Positions 48,785 through 62,145 of a DNA stretch of 64,000 bases are shown piece after piece. Numbering within the stretch: the stretch's first letter is position 1; each line of letters begins with the position of its first letter. The notes beneath the pieces are model-generated. The model saw nothing but the letters and a program-made list of their open reading frames with translations, was not told the DNA's origin and did not search any database. A program made the position numbers and the translations under genes. Source of the stretch: Octopus sinensis (taxonomy: Eukaryota). Location: assembly GCF_006345805.1 (NCBI RefSeq), contig NC_043000.1:1240001-1304000 (forward strand), written 5' to 3'.

Positions 48785-49493
48785 TGTGTGTGTGTGTGTG
48801 TGTACATATATATGTGTGTGTTTCCGTTTGTGGGGGTGGTACGTATACACCAATAAAAACGAAGAATATGGAGCAAGAAGACAACCAAGCAAATAATAAA
48901 TGAAGTTAGGCAACTAAAACACGCAATGGAGAAAATACAGGAATGTGAAACAAAAGAATAACAACAAAAAAATATGTACTATAAACACAAATAAGTACAA
49001 TGAAAATGTATGCGCCAACATGAAAATAATTTCAAGAAAACTAAGAATATTCTCAATGAATTATCATGCAAGGATAATAAAATCAATCAAATTTTTGCTT
49101 CAGCGTCAAGGGATAATTAATAACATATGTTTCTGCCTCAATTAGCATAATCGGCGTAGTATTGTTTTTTCTTGCGAATCAGATACAGACATTCTCTCTC
49201 TCACACACTCACTCACGCTCAGTGATTTTTCTTCCTCTCTCACTCACTCATTCACTCACTCACTCACTCACTCAATCACTCACTCACTCATTCGTCTTTT
49301 TATCTGTTTGTCTGTCAGTCTCTCATTCTCTTTATATATATATATATACACACACACATACATACATATATCTAAATAGATATGTGTATATATACGTATA
49401 TGTATATACGTATATATTATATGTATATATAATAATATATATGTGTGCATATATATATATATATATATCTATACATATATAAATACCACCAAA

Positions 49494-49546
<53 letters not shown>

Positions 49547-49918
49547 GTACTGGAGTCGATTTGTTCGAGACTAAATCCTGATGCTCCAGTTTGATCGCAG
49601 TCCAATGACTGAAGCTAGTATAAAGATAAAGACTTAAAACCAAAAAAAAAAAAAAATCAAAAGATAATGAGGTTTCGTCTCCGTTATATATGCACGCACA
49701 GATACGTACATACATGTATACATACATACATACATACATACATACATACATACATACATACACACATGCATACATACATGCGCATACACGCCCACACACA
49801 CATATATGGAAAACAGAGTAAGAGAGAGAGAGAGAGGAGGAGAGACTCAGAGAGAGAGAGAGAGAGAGAGAAAAGAGAGAGAAAAAAGAGAGAGAGAAAG
49901 AGAAGAGAGAGAGAGGGG

Positions 49919-49952
<34 letters not shown>

Positions 49953-50031
49953 AGAGAGAGAAAAGAGAGAGAAAAAAGAGAGAGAGAAGAGAGAGAGGAG
50001 AGAGGGAGAGAGGAAGAGAGAGAGAGAGAGG

Positions 50032-50078
<47 letters not shown>

Positions 50079-50370
50079 TTACAGATAAGGATGTCATGGA
50101 TTTATGAATATTCCTAATATGTCTCTTTTCTGAAATACCGAAATAGTATGGCAACTATTTTTCAGTTTCCGTTTCGTATTTGCTAAGCAATATCTCATTT
50201 ATACTACAATGTTCCAAATTCCTTTTCTTTCTAGCTGTTTCTCCGACTGTAACCACAGTTACCAACTTTATAATGGGGTTGTGAAAACACAATAAAGCGT
50301 TTACTCCAGACGATACCTTCACCACCATCTTTTAAAATATATTTGATATTATCATTATCGAAAGAGTAAA

Positions 50371-50686
50371 GACGTCCATCGGTCACCAGTGACCATGGGG
50401 TCGTACCAAGGAAGTTCCCCTATCTGGCACAAGCCCAGGCAAGGATGTTTGTGGAAGACCGGCAGTCGCCCTTGTATGCCCCTCTCCACACCACTGATGT
50501 TGACCAAGAGGAAAAGCAGAGGCCGATACAGTTTAGCACCAGTAACATCACAACTCATTTCTACAGCTGAGAGAACTAGTGCAACGTGTTGCTCAAGAAA
50601 ATTAAAAACAGCCCTTTCCAGGAACCGAACGCACAACCTCACGATTGCGAGCCCGACACTCTAACCACAGTGCCATGCACATTCAC
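50371..50686 (-). mobile_element. Diverged tRNA-derived SINE (family E): D-like head and middle, different 3' end
   Basis: Head tggcactgtggttagagtgtcggg...gttcggttcc; caactcatt...agctgag...gcaacgtg segment shared with family D. Confidence 0.7.
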
Positions 50687-51077
50687 AGTATCATTATTAT
50701 CATCTTTATTAATATTCTATATTTGGCATTACCACATTTTTTTTTTTGGCTTTATTTTTATCTCAAACCATGTCACTTCTAATGCCAACCATATCAGTTT
50801 AGCAATAGCTTCAGCCACGCTTTAATGCTTCCTAAGTCGACGAGTAGATTCCAGTAAAAGGCCACAACGTTATTCTCACACCATAAACCGATTATATCTC
50901 AACCCGGTGTCATTTTGTACGCAGATGTTTTCCCACTAAAGTGTAGTTCTGAACACGGTTTTTAACTCCCCATAACTCCCGGACGGAATACTTCGCCTCA
51001 TATATATATAAAACCAATACACCTTGCTTGTTGTTCCCTCACATGTCTTTGTCTTTCGACTTTTGTACATTTGCACC

Positions 51078-51362
51078 ATACATACATACATACATACATA
51101 CATACATACATACATACATACGTACGTACATACATACATACATACATACATACATACATACATACATACATACATGCATACATACATGCATACATACATA
51201 CATACATACATACATACATACATACATACACATACATACATACATACCACGTACATGCATACACATACATACATACATACATACATTACATACATACATA
51301 ATACATACATACATACATACATACATACATACATACACACACACATACATACATACATACAT

Positions 51363-51395
<33 letters not shown>

Positions 51396-52027
51396 TACAT
51401 ACTACATACTACATAACATACATACATACACACACACAACATACATACATACATACATACATACACCACACACATACATACATACATACATACATACATA
51501 CATACATACACTACATGCATACGTACATACATACATACATACTACATACATACATACATACAAACTACATACATACACGTACATACATATATACATATAC
51601 ATACACATACATACATACATACATACAACATATACATACATACATACATACATGCATATACATACATACATACATACATACATACATACATACACATACA
51701 CATACATACATACATCCATACATACGTACATGCATACATACACATACATACATACATACATACATACATACATACATACATACATACATACACTACATAC
51801 ATACATACACACACACACATACATACATACATACATACATACATACATACATACACACACACACATACATACTACATACATACATATACACACACACACA
51901 TACATACATACATACATACACTACATACATACATCACACACATACATACATACATACTACATACGTACATACGTACATACATACACACATACACACACAC
52001 ACATACATACATACATACATACATACA

Positions 52028-52057
<30 letters not shown>
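51078..52057. repeat. About 1-kb (TACA)n microsatellite
   Basis: Read directly from the sequence. Confidence 0.97.
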
Positions 52058-52058
<1 letters not shown>

Positions 52059-52458
52059 CTTTTCTACTCTGGGCACAAGGCCCGAAATTTTGGGGAAGGG
52101 GGGACAGTCAGTTAGATCGACCCTAGTGTGCAACTGGTATTTTATTTATCGACTCCGAAAGGATGAAAGGCAAAATCGACCTCGGCGGAATTTGAACTCA
52201 GAACGTAGCCGCAGACGAAATACTTATTTCTTTACTACCCACAAGGGGCTAAACACAGAGAAGACAAAGAAGGACAGACAAACAGATTAAGTCGATTATA
52301 TCGACCCCAGTGCGTAACTGCTACTTATTTAATCGACCCCGAAAGGACGAAAGGCAAAGTCGACCTCGGCGGAATTTGAACTCAGAACGTAGCGGCAGAC
52401 GAAATACCGCCAAGCATTTCGCCCGGCGTGCTAACGTTTCTGCCAGCTCGCCGCCTTT
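52059..52458 (-). mobile_element. SINE family A dimer (long-tail unit followed by short-tail unit)
   Basis: Head at 52458; junction near 52222. Confidence 0.9.
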
Positions 52459-52648
52459 GGCTTGACATTTATTGAAAGAATATTGATAACCATTCTTTAT
52501 CAGGATCTTTGGGATATGTGCACGCGTGTGCGTGTGTGTGTGCATGTATATTTTTATTTTTGTACTCTTCACCGTCTGATAACAAATATTGGTTTGTTTG
52601 TGTCTCCATAACTTAGCGGTTCTGTAAGAGATTGTAAGAATAATACCA

Positions 52649-52714
<66 letters not shown>

Positions 52715-52727
52715 TATATATATATAA

Positions 52728-52804
<77 letters not shown>

Positions 52805-53082
52805 ATATTAATATATATATATATATATTATATATATATATAAATGTACTGGAGTCGATTTGTTCGAGACTAAATCCTGATGCTCCAGTTTGAACGCGCA
52901 GTCCAATGACTGAAGCTAACCCCCCCCCAAAAAAAAAAGAATTCAAAGGGAATGAGGTTTCGTCGTCTCGTGAACGAGATCCCCCAAAAGATATTGTCAC
53001 CATGTAAAAAGAACAAACAAACAATTGTCTTATCCCATCATAAAATAGTATAATACTATATATATATAGTATAATACTATAT

Positions 53083-53115
<33 letters not shown>

Positions 53116-53739
53116 TTTTTGGTAGTTATTGCTACTATGGGACCTGGTGCTGCAGATATTGTTTTATTAACAGCAGTTACTGACATTCCAGTAGTGATTG
53201 TTATGGAGACTGCAGTTCTCGGTATTGGTTTCATAAATATTCATGAAAAGTTTGATGGAAGTAAAATCTAAGATGAGGGCCGAAAAGCATGAAAAGATAA
53301 AAGTATTAGCAGAATCAAAATTAGATACTAATTAGTAATCACATATCAAAAGCGTTAATGAACACTGACGTAAGTCAATAGTGAAGAGTTCACTTTGATA
53401 ATTTCAGTGTTGGGTAAGTTTAGAGAAAGAAGAAAAAGAAGGTCGCCAGACAATGACTAAGTCGATTTATTAATGAAGAAATAAAACAATTTATTGATAA
53501 CGAAAGTAGAAAGAAGCGCAACTTTCTTTTTATGTATTGTTGCTGTTGTTGGTGCTGTTGGTGTTGTTATTTAACTTTTAGCTTTAGGTCAGTATTTTTT
53601 TCAACCTTCTGTTAGTCTAACATACTCTTTGATGAATAGTTGATTCGGCCAGTATCCACCTCCTTAAATATTTCGCAGAGTTATTGAAAGACAGACGAAG
53701 TTTAATTTGACTTCACAAAATAAATTTGAACACCCCCAT

Positions 53740-53990
53740 CTTGAGATCAACTCACCTCGAAGTCAACATCGCTCGAACATTGACTTCGCCTCGTCGTCAA
53801 CTTTGCCTTCGTGATCAATTTTGGAGTTCATTTTCGCCTGGTTAATTTTGGAGGTCATCTTTGACTTGAGATTAACTTCGCCTTCAAGGAACATTTTGGG
53901 GATCAACTTCGTCTCGATATCAAATTTACCTCGAGATAACTTTACCTTCGATGTCAACTTTGCTTTTCATTGTTTCAGGGTCAATAAAAA
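53740..53990 (+). repeat. Degenerate 17-18-bp minisatellite running into a SINE A body
   Basis: Units resemble gaggtcaactttgcctc and end in gtcaactttgcttttcattgtttcagggtcaataaa. Confidence 0.65.
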
Positions 53991-55339
53991 GTTCCAATCT
54001 AGGGCAGTGGGTTATAAGAACGTAGTATCAGATCCGTCGTACAATTAATTCTGGCTCTTTGCCTTCTGAGTTTAAATCCTACCGAGATTTACATGTGTGA
54101 TAGACTTAACCCATTGACCGATTTAACACCCACTACTTGGCATTTTGGGTATCTTTACGGATTCCATTCTTTGGCAAGCATTCAAGTTAGGTCACAGGTT
54201 TTAAGATACCTTCTCTCTCTTTCCATCCAGTTTCGAGAGCTTGTAAAGGGCTTTGGACACAAACTTATCCCCGAATAAAAGATAAAAATAATATTGCCCT
54301 AGGTCCAACTTGATATCTGAATAACTGGTTTTTGAACAACAGTCCAGGTGTCACCATCCTGTCTATGTGTGTAACTCCTTGTTTTAAAAATGATCATTCT
54401 AAATAAACTGTCTATCTCATTTAAAAAATTTTCTTTTGATTTAAAAGCAATACATCGTATAAAAGATCGAAGATAGTTAAGTTATATGTATTTTTTCAAT
54501 GTCCAAATTAACTCGTTTAAATCCAAATGAGTAAGAGTACATTTTAATTTCTATTATAAAAAAAAAAAAGGAAACAAGATAAAAAACTTTTTTTGTAATT
54601 AACACAGTGTATATAATTAAAAAAGGAAATAAAAAAAACATGCTCTGAAATGAAACGCTATGTCAAAATAATTGATCCATTAAGGGGTTAATAAAATACT
54701 TCAAGCAAAAGATTTTGTACTTATAAAATATGGATATTTTACAATGTGAAGTAAAATTCGATGACTGATGAGAATATTGTAGAGCATAAATATCATAAAT
54801 ACCAGCTTGTGTCTCGCTCAAACCTCAACACCCTCAATGAGGTTAGAATCAATATAAAAACGCAAGATTTGTTTGTACATCCCAGCGAAAGTTAACGGAT
54901 CATCGAAGGTCGTTTCACGATGGCAGATGGTACAGTACATACAGCTAATACAATAGCATTTACAAATAATACAGTCATACATTTACTTAGGTAACATCAC
55001 GTATCAATTGGTCGGACAGCAAATTAAATCAATGGTTTGCCTAAGACTGGGAGCAACCATGTTTGAGCTTCTTTTTTAAAAAAAATATCTTGATAGCTTT
55101 TCCAAATATTAATGACTGCGGTATATGTATAAGCACACTCGAAACAACTGCAAGTATTGTAAATAATACTGGATATAAATCTTCATATTCCAAAAGAAAA
55201 TTTCTTTCCGGCATTTCCTCTCATGCATATTTTGGGAATTTCAAAGGAATGCATGGGTGTGTGGTTAAGAAGCTCACTCTGCGATCACGTCGTTGTTTCG
55301 GGTTCAGTTCCATTACACGACACCTTTGACAAGTACCTG

Positions 55340-55379
<40 letters not shown>

Positions 55380-55676
55380 AAGGAACTCTATGTCTCTTAA
55401 AAAAATATCTTTTGATAAGCATAACAAATGCGCAACCGGTAAAAGAACTTTCACCTAATTAATACACTCTCCCTACTCAAATTATTTTGTCAGCATTTTC
55501 ATCATTACCTTTTTTTATATATCACAACTCGTGTCCCACATCTCCTTTTTTAAATATATATATATTATATATATATATATATATCTATATATATATATTA
55601 TATATATACATATACATATACATAATATACACACATACACACACATATATATATATAAATATATATAAATCAGTAT

Positions 55677-55711
<35 letters not shown>

Positions 55712-55717
55712 GATATA

Positions 55718-55799
<82 letters not shown>

Positions 55800-56883
55800 A
55801 TGTACACATACATAGATACATACAACACACACACAACACACACATATGTATGTATGTGTCTGTGTTTGTACGTACATGTGTATGTAGGATCTAATTTTTT
55901 TCATTCGCAAAATATCTATTTTTTAGAAGACAGTAAGAAATCTGAAAATCGGCTATAATAATGTAGCCTTCCAGTCTCGTTGCTTTGAAGGTATGATGTT
56001 GTGGAGAAAGAGACTGGAGAAAAAATTTACAGAGGTTTAAAAAGCGAAAAAAAACTGTATATTTTTAGCCAATAGCGAGACAGAATTTTTTTACGTTTAG
56101 CGGAGGGGTGTCAACTTTATGGTTGTACTCTGTGAAATTTAGAGTTTAGAGTTTAGTGTCTGAGCTGTTCATTGTAGGTTTCTAAATAAACAGAAATATC
56201 TAATAAAATCAACATGTATCATCTTACTTTTTCTTTCGACTCTTCATTGGTTGTATGGTCTTATTTTTAAAATTGTTGTATATTAATATATTTGTCTACA
56301 TGCGTTTACTTTATGCGTATTTCAGTATTATGTATACCTGTCATGTATTTATGTAAATCATTAATATGTAAGTGCATGTGCATTTATGTATTCACATATA
56401 AGTTTATATGTACATTTATGCATTCATGTGTGTGTGTGTGTATGTGTGTGAAGAGAACGTCTGTCTCCAAAACTCCAAAGTTGAGTAACGTTTTCATGCT
56501 AGGATTTGTAAACTACGATAAGAATAACACTGGTCAACAAAGAATTTGTCCCAAGGTTTGTATTTTAAATACAAACCTTTGACTCTGCAACACTATATAA
56601 ATTCCTTACTGGGAATGACCAAGTTTAAAAATCTGCTGGATCTCACTCATAAGGGAATCTTACATTGCTTATAAATTCTATATCTGGAAGGACTCCTATT
56701 AAACTCTGTTGGACTTTTGGAATTTACTCAAAGGATATTGGAATATTGCATATATACCATTATGCCTATAAAATGGATTTACAATTTCAATACCCATACA
56801 TATCTTACTTCTATTTTCTTTCCTCCACCTCACTCTCTATTTTGTATCACATCTAAACTATGACTTAATTTCCCCTTCACACT

Positions 56884-56935
56884 GTCTCCGATGAAGGGAT
56901 ATTATTAATTAATATCCTAGAAACAGCTGTAAGAC
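56884..56935 (+). ncRNA. Minimal hammerhead ribozyme, U4C core variant
   Basis: GTCT CCGATGA AG GGATATTA ttaat TAATATCC TA GAAAC AGCT GTA AGAC. Confidence 0.78.
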
Positions 56936-57024
56936 CTTCTATCTATAAATGCTCTAATATCTATACAGCCTTGGTTTTTTTTTATCTTATTACGCAAAAA
57001 ATTCTTATATATGTATATAAAATA

Positions 57025-57412
57025 GTGTACATTTAAACACAAGAGAAAACTACCTTCAACAAGCAGTTTTTACACGCTAGAAGGAGTAGTCAAAACGACC
57101 AAAACCTCATTTAATAGCAATCTTCAAAGGAATGAAAAATAAAAATTTTAACTTGTTATTTTATTAATTATATGTTAGTGTAGTGGCGCGGTCACTGATG
57201 AGGAATACGCCTGGCAAATTATTAAATTATTTTTTTTGCTAAAAAAATTTTGAAACCTCTGTCTACCGTAATAAAATAATAAGGTAAAAGTTTTTATTTT
57301 TCATTCCTTTTGAAGATTGCTCTTAAATGAGGTTTTGGTCGTTTTGACTACTACTTCTAGCGTGTAAAAACTGCTCGTTGAAGGCAGTTTTCTCTTGTGT
57401 TTAAATGTACAG
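57025..57412. mobile_element. MITE with about 125-bp TIRs and TA TSD (Tc1/mariner-like)
   Basis: (c/g)tgtacatttaaacacaagagaaaact... is inverted at the right end; TA on both flanks. Confidence 0.82.
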
Positions 57413-57503
57413 TATTTTGTATTGAGAATATGTAGTCTATTGACTTTTTATACATGCAAGGTCACTGGTAGTGAAATTTCTAAAAAAAGCTCGCACACAC
57501 ACA

Positions 57504-57580
<77 letters not shown>

Positions 57581-57979
57581 TAAATATATATACATATGCG
57601 TACACATACACATATCATATATAAACATACATACATACATACATACATACATACATACAAACATACGTACGTACATACATACATACTATAATATACATTT
57701 AAAAGTGATTTTTAAAAATAATATACAATTTCTTTTGATGGTTGAATACAAAAAACTATAAAAAATTTTTTTTTCACCATTTTCATACCAAACTACTTAA
57801 TGAGTATCATTTCCCCATAAGAATACCATTTAAAAATTACGGATGGAAAAATATATGATGCATCTAACAATTCATAATGTTTCAATATTATTTTACTTGG
57901 TAATAGCACATTTCCAACTAAAATAATTTGCATTTTAATAGTCTGGGGAGTATTTTATTTCTTAATTTATATATATATT

Positions 57980-58370
57980 GGAAGTTGGAAGCACTCCGTC
58001 GGTTACGACGACGAGGGTTCCGGTTGATCCGAATCAACGGAACAGCCTGCTCGTGAAATTAACGTGTAAGTGGCTGAGCACTCCACAGACACGTGCACCC
58101 TTAACGTAGTTCTCGGGGATATTCAGCGTGACACAGGGAGTGACAGGGCCGGCCCCTTGAAATACAGGTACAACAGAAACAGGAAGTAAGAGTGAGAGAA
58201 AGTTGTGCTGAAAGAGTACAGCAGGGTTCACCACCACCCCCTGCCGGAGCCTCGTGGAGCTTTAGGTGTTTTCGCTCAATAAACACTCACAACGCCCGGT
58301 CTGGGAATCGAAACTGCGATCCTATGACCGCGAGTCCGCTGCCCTAACCACTGGGCCATTGCGCCTCCAC
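57980..58370 (-). mobile_element. tRNA-derived SINE family C, full length
   Basis: A-box tggcccagtgg, B-box gtttcgattccc; its 3' 170 bp is shared with family D. Confidence 0.88.
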
Positions 58371-58398
58371 TATATATATATATATATAAAGGTTGTAT

Positions 58399-58561
58399 CG
58401 ACGGGATTCTTTCAGTTTCCGTCTACCAAATCCACTCACAAGGCTTTGGTCGGCCCGAGGCTATAGTAGTAGACACTTGCCCAAGGTGCCACGCAGTGGA
58501 ACTGAACCCGGAACCTTGTGGTTGGTAAGCAAGCTACTTACCACACAGCCACAACTGCGCC
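58399..58561 (-). mobile_element. SINE family B 5' half
   Basis: Family B head through gacggg. Confidence 0.88.
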
Positions 58562-58729
58562 TATAAAGTGTGGATATTTCTTTAAGGAAACTATATAATT
58601 ATGAAATATTTAAAATAAAGTTGTTTTTTTTCCTAACTATCTGTGGGGCATACATTTTTCTGGAAAATTATTGTGGAAAATAGGTTGAGAAATACAGTTC
58701 TAAATCCAAATCTCTGACCATAATTTTGA

Positions 58730-59615
58730 TCCTAATACTAATGCTGATGCTAACCCTAAATATAACCTTTACTGTAACATTAAAACTGAACCTATCACTA
58801 ACACTAAACCCTAAACCTAATCCGGGCCTTACCACGAGCCTTAACTCTAATTTTAATTTTAAATCTAAAATTAATCCAACCCAAATCCTAAACTTGATCC
58901 TAATCTTATCTCTAAGCCTACTTCAAACTATACACTAATTCAAAATTCTAACGTTATCACTAAACTTAACCGTAAGTCTATGGCTAACGCTAACCCTAAC
59001 ACTAACACTAAATTTAACCTTAAACAGGAGGCTTAATTATAACCCATAATCTATACTTAATCTCAAGCTTAAGTCTAAGATTAAGCCTAAGCCTAAACCT
59101 AACTCATTATCGCTCTAAATGTAAACCTAAATCCTTAATCTAACCATAAGCCTATCTCTAAACTAAATCGCTGTCCTAAACAAACCTAACACCGAATTTA
59201 ACCCAAATATGAACAATAAATTACGCCTTACATTAAGGATGAAAAAATACTCATCCTAGGCCTACTCTAACATTAATCCTTACCCTAACACGATCCTAAA
59301 GCCTAAATTCTCACTGAACTAATCTCAAATTAAATCAGCAACTTAAACCCTGATTATAAACCGAACTATAACCTGATAGTAATTAATAACTCTAAGCTTA
59401 AACATAAACTTAACTCCAATCCTAAAGCTAATCCTAACACTTAACTAATCCTAATCTAGCTCAAATTTCAGTCTAAACTTAACGCACACTCAGATGTTTA
59501 GATTATTCTTAAAGCTAGATTCGAAACTGTAAATATATACATTAAATATAACTTTAATCCTTGCCTAAAATCTTGTTATAGCCCTATAATCTAGCCTTAG
59601 TCGTAACCTATCCCG
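58730..59615. repeat. Degenerate hexamer array resembling (CCCTAA)n
   Basis: Recurrent cctaa, ccctaa and ctaaac at about 6-nt spacing over roughly 900 bp. Confidence 0.65.
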
Positions 59616-59840
59616 ACAGAGTAGTCTCTACGTATACGTTAACGCTCCGAAGATGAAATTAATCTTACAACAGCGATGGCAAACCTAAGAAACAGGGGTC
59701 AGAAACAAGCGCCAGAAACGTGCGTAGGGGATATGGGTGACATACCATGGGGTTTTTAGGTAACAAGCGATGAATTCTGAAAAAAATCTCCCAGCAATGT
59801 CATATTATAAAAAAGCTTATACATGAAGATATCTAAGAAT

Positions 59841-60367
59841 CTCTCCAAAATCCCAAATATCTATTTCTTTACTGCCCACAAGGGGCTAAACACAGAGAGG
59901 ACAAACAAGGACAGACAAACAGATTAAGTCGATTATATCGACCCCAGTGCGTAACTGGTACTTATTTAATCGACCCCGAAAGGATGAAAGGCAAAGTCGA
60001 CCTCGGCGGAATTTGAACACAGAACGTAACAGCAGACGAAATACCTATTTGTTTACTACCCACAAGGGGCTAAACACAGAGAGGACAAACAAGGACAGAC
60101 AAATGGATTAAGTCGATTATATCGACCCCAGTACGTAACTGGTACTTAATTTATCGACCCCGAAAGGATGAAAGGCAAAGTCGACCTCGGCGGAATTTGA
60201 ACACAGAACGTAACAGCAGACGAAATACCTATTTGTTTACTACCCACAAGGGGCTAAACACAGAGAGGACAAACAAGGACAGACAAATGGATTAAGTCGA
60301 TTATATCGACCCCAGTGCGTAACTGGTACTTAATTTATCGACCCCGAAAGGATGAAAGGCAAAGTCA
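59841..60367 (-). mobile_element. SINE family A head-less tandem array, 184-bp period
   Basis: gaaatacc at 60038 and 60222; three near-identical units. Confidence 0.92.
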
Positions 60368-60371
60368 CCGT

Positions 60372-60575
60372 CTTGTCATTTATTTGTTTCAGTCACTGGA
60401 CTGTAGCCATGCTAGGGTCCGACCTTAAAGGGTTTTAGTTGAACAAACCGGTCACAGAACTTGTTTCTTTATAATTCTGGTAATTACTCTATCGGTCTTT
60501 TTGCCGCACTGCTAAGTTACGGAGGACGTAAAGCAACTTAACATCAGTTGTCAAGCGGTGGAAGATTGGTGACGA

Positions 60576-60615
<40 letters not shown>

Positions 60616-60655
60616 TCTCTCTCTCTCTCTCACAACACACACACACACACACACA

Positions 60656-60692
<37 letters not shown>

Positions 60693-60765
60693 TCACACAA
60701 CCACACCACACGCACATATACGGTGGGCTTCCACGCAATTTCCGCCTACCACATTCCTTCACGAG
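60372..60765 (-). mobile_element. Old SINE family B copy
   Basis: Degenerate match to the family B tail and body. Confidence 0.7.
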
Positions 60766-60999
60766 TCATTTTGCGTAACCATAGCAACAGATGATGATAA
60801 TATTGTTGATGGATGAGAAGTGACTCTAGCATTTAACAGTTTCATACTACATATTTAAACCACATATAAAATACTCTTTTATACTCATCAGAAAATGTCA
60901 GCATTTAGATTAAATAATAACCTTTCTTCCACATATTAAATTCAACAAGCGTTAAAGATTTTATAAATAACAGATTTACAGAAATAGATTTATAAGCTA

Positions 61000-61407
61000 C
61001 TAGCAGTATCGCCCGGCGTTACTCGGGTTTGTAAGGGAAATAACTATATAAGCATTTTTAGAGAGTTATAGCCAAAAAATAGCCAAAAAATAGCAAGAAA
61101 ATGCATTAAAAATGGAAAAAAAATGATGGTAATTTTTTTTTAAATCGTTGACTCATCGTAGACATTTTTAGAGAGTTATTTCCCTTATATAATAGCGAAA
61201 AAATGCATTAAAATGGAAAAAAATGATGGTAAATTTTTTTTTTAATCGTAGACTCATCGTAGATGCGCGCTAATACCCAGAAGGGCTCGATATGAATCAC
61301 GACTATAAGATACCCGCTTTTGGTTAAACTGCACCGCAAAATGTGGGAGTAGTTAGGAATCTAAATCGTAGGAGACAGACACACAACTTCACTTTTATAT
61401 ATAAAGA
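61000..61407 (-). mobile_element. Non-autonomous Helitron
   Basis: Shares both termini with 24043-24548; A|TC ... CTAG|T. Confidence 0.88.
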
Positions 61408-61644
61408 TTATGTTATAAAATATGCCATTAGATAAATTTGGTCGTGACTCTGCACAAGTAAAATGCAATAATTTTTCGAGTTTCACTAAGTTATGTTAAT
61501 CTAAATTTTCTACCAACAGATGGAACAAACACAGCAACACGTTCTCTAGACACGGGCAACAATAAAATTTATGTCGTAGATTCAATTGATAATCAAGACG
61601 CTACTATAAAGATTTCTGTTGGTTTTGCAGCAGGCCGATTTATT

Positions 61645-61802
61645 AGGAGTGGCTGTGTGGTAAGTAGCTTGCTTACCAACCACATGGTTCTGGTTTCAGT
61701 CCCACTGTGTGGCACCTTGGGCAAGTGTCTTCTACTATAGCCTCGGGCCAACCAAAGCCTTGTGAGTGGATTTGGTAGACGTAAACTGAAAGAAGCCCGT
61801 CG

Positions 61803-61836
<34 letters not shown>

Positions 61837-62075
61837 TGTATGTATGTGTGTGTATATGTTTGTGTGTTTGTGTTTGCCCCCCCCCCAACATCGCTTGACA
61901 ACCGATGCTAGTGTGTTTACGTCCCTGTAACTTAGCAGTTTGGCAAAAGAGACCGATAGAATAAGTACCAGGCTTCCAAAGAATAAGTCCTGGGATCGAT
62001 TTGCTCGACTAAAAGGCGGTGCTCCAGCATGGCCGCAGTCAAATGACTGAAACAAGTAATAGAGAATAAAAGAGA
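61645..62075 (+). mobile_element. SINE family B, full length
   Basis: Family B consensus. Confidence 0.92.
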
Positions 62076-62145
62076 ATATATGTATGTAACAAAGGGGTGG
62101 GAGTTATTTCCAGTGCTTTCAATGACAAAAACAACAGTACATATA

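Noticed and set aside
51028-52290. 420-aa HTYI-repeat ORF and similar YLSI, CVCV, ERER and IYIY ORFs throughout the window
   Set aside because: Microsatellite translations.
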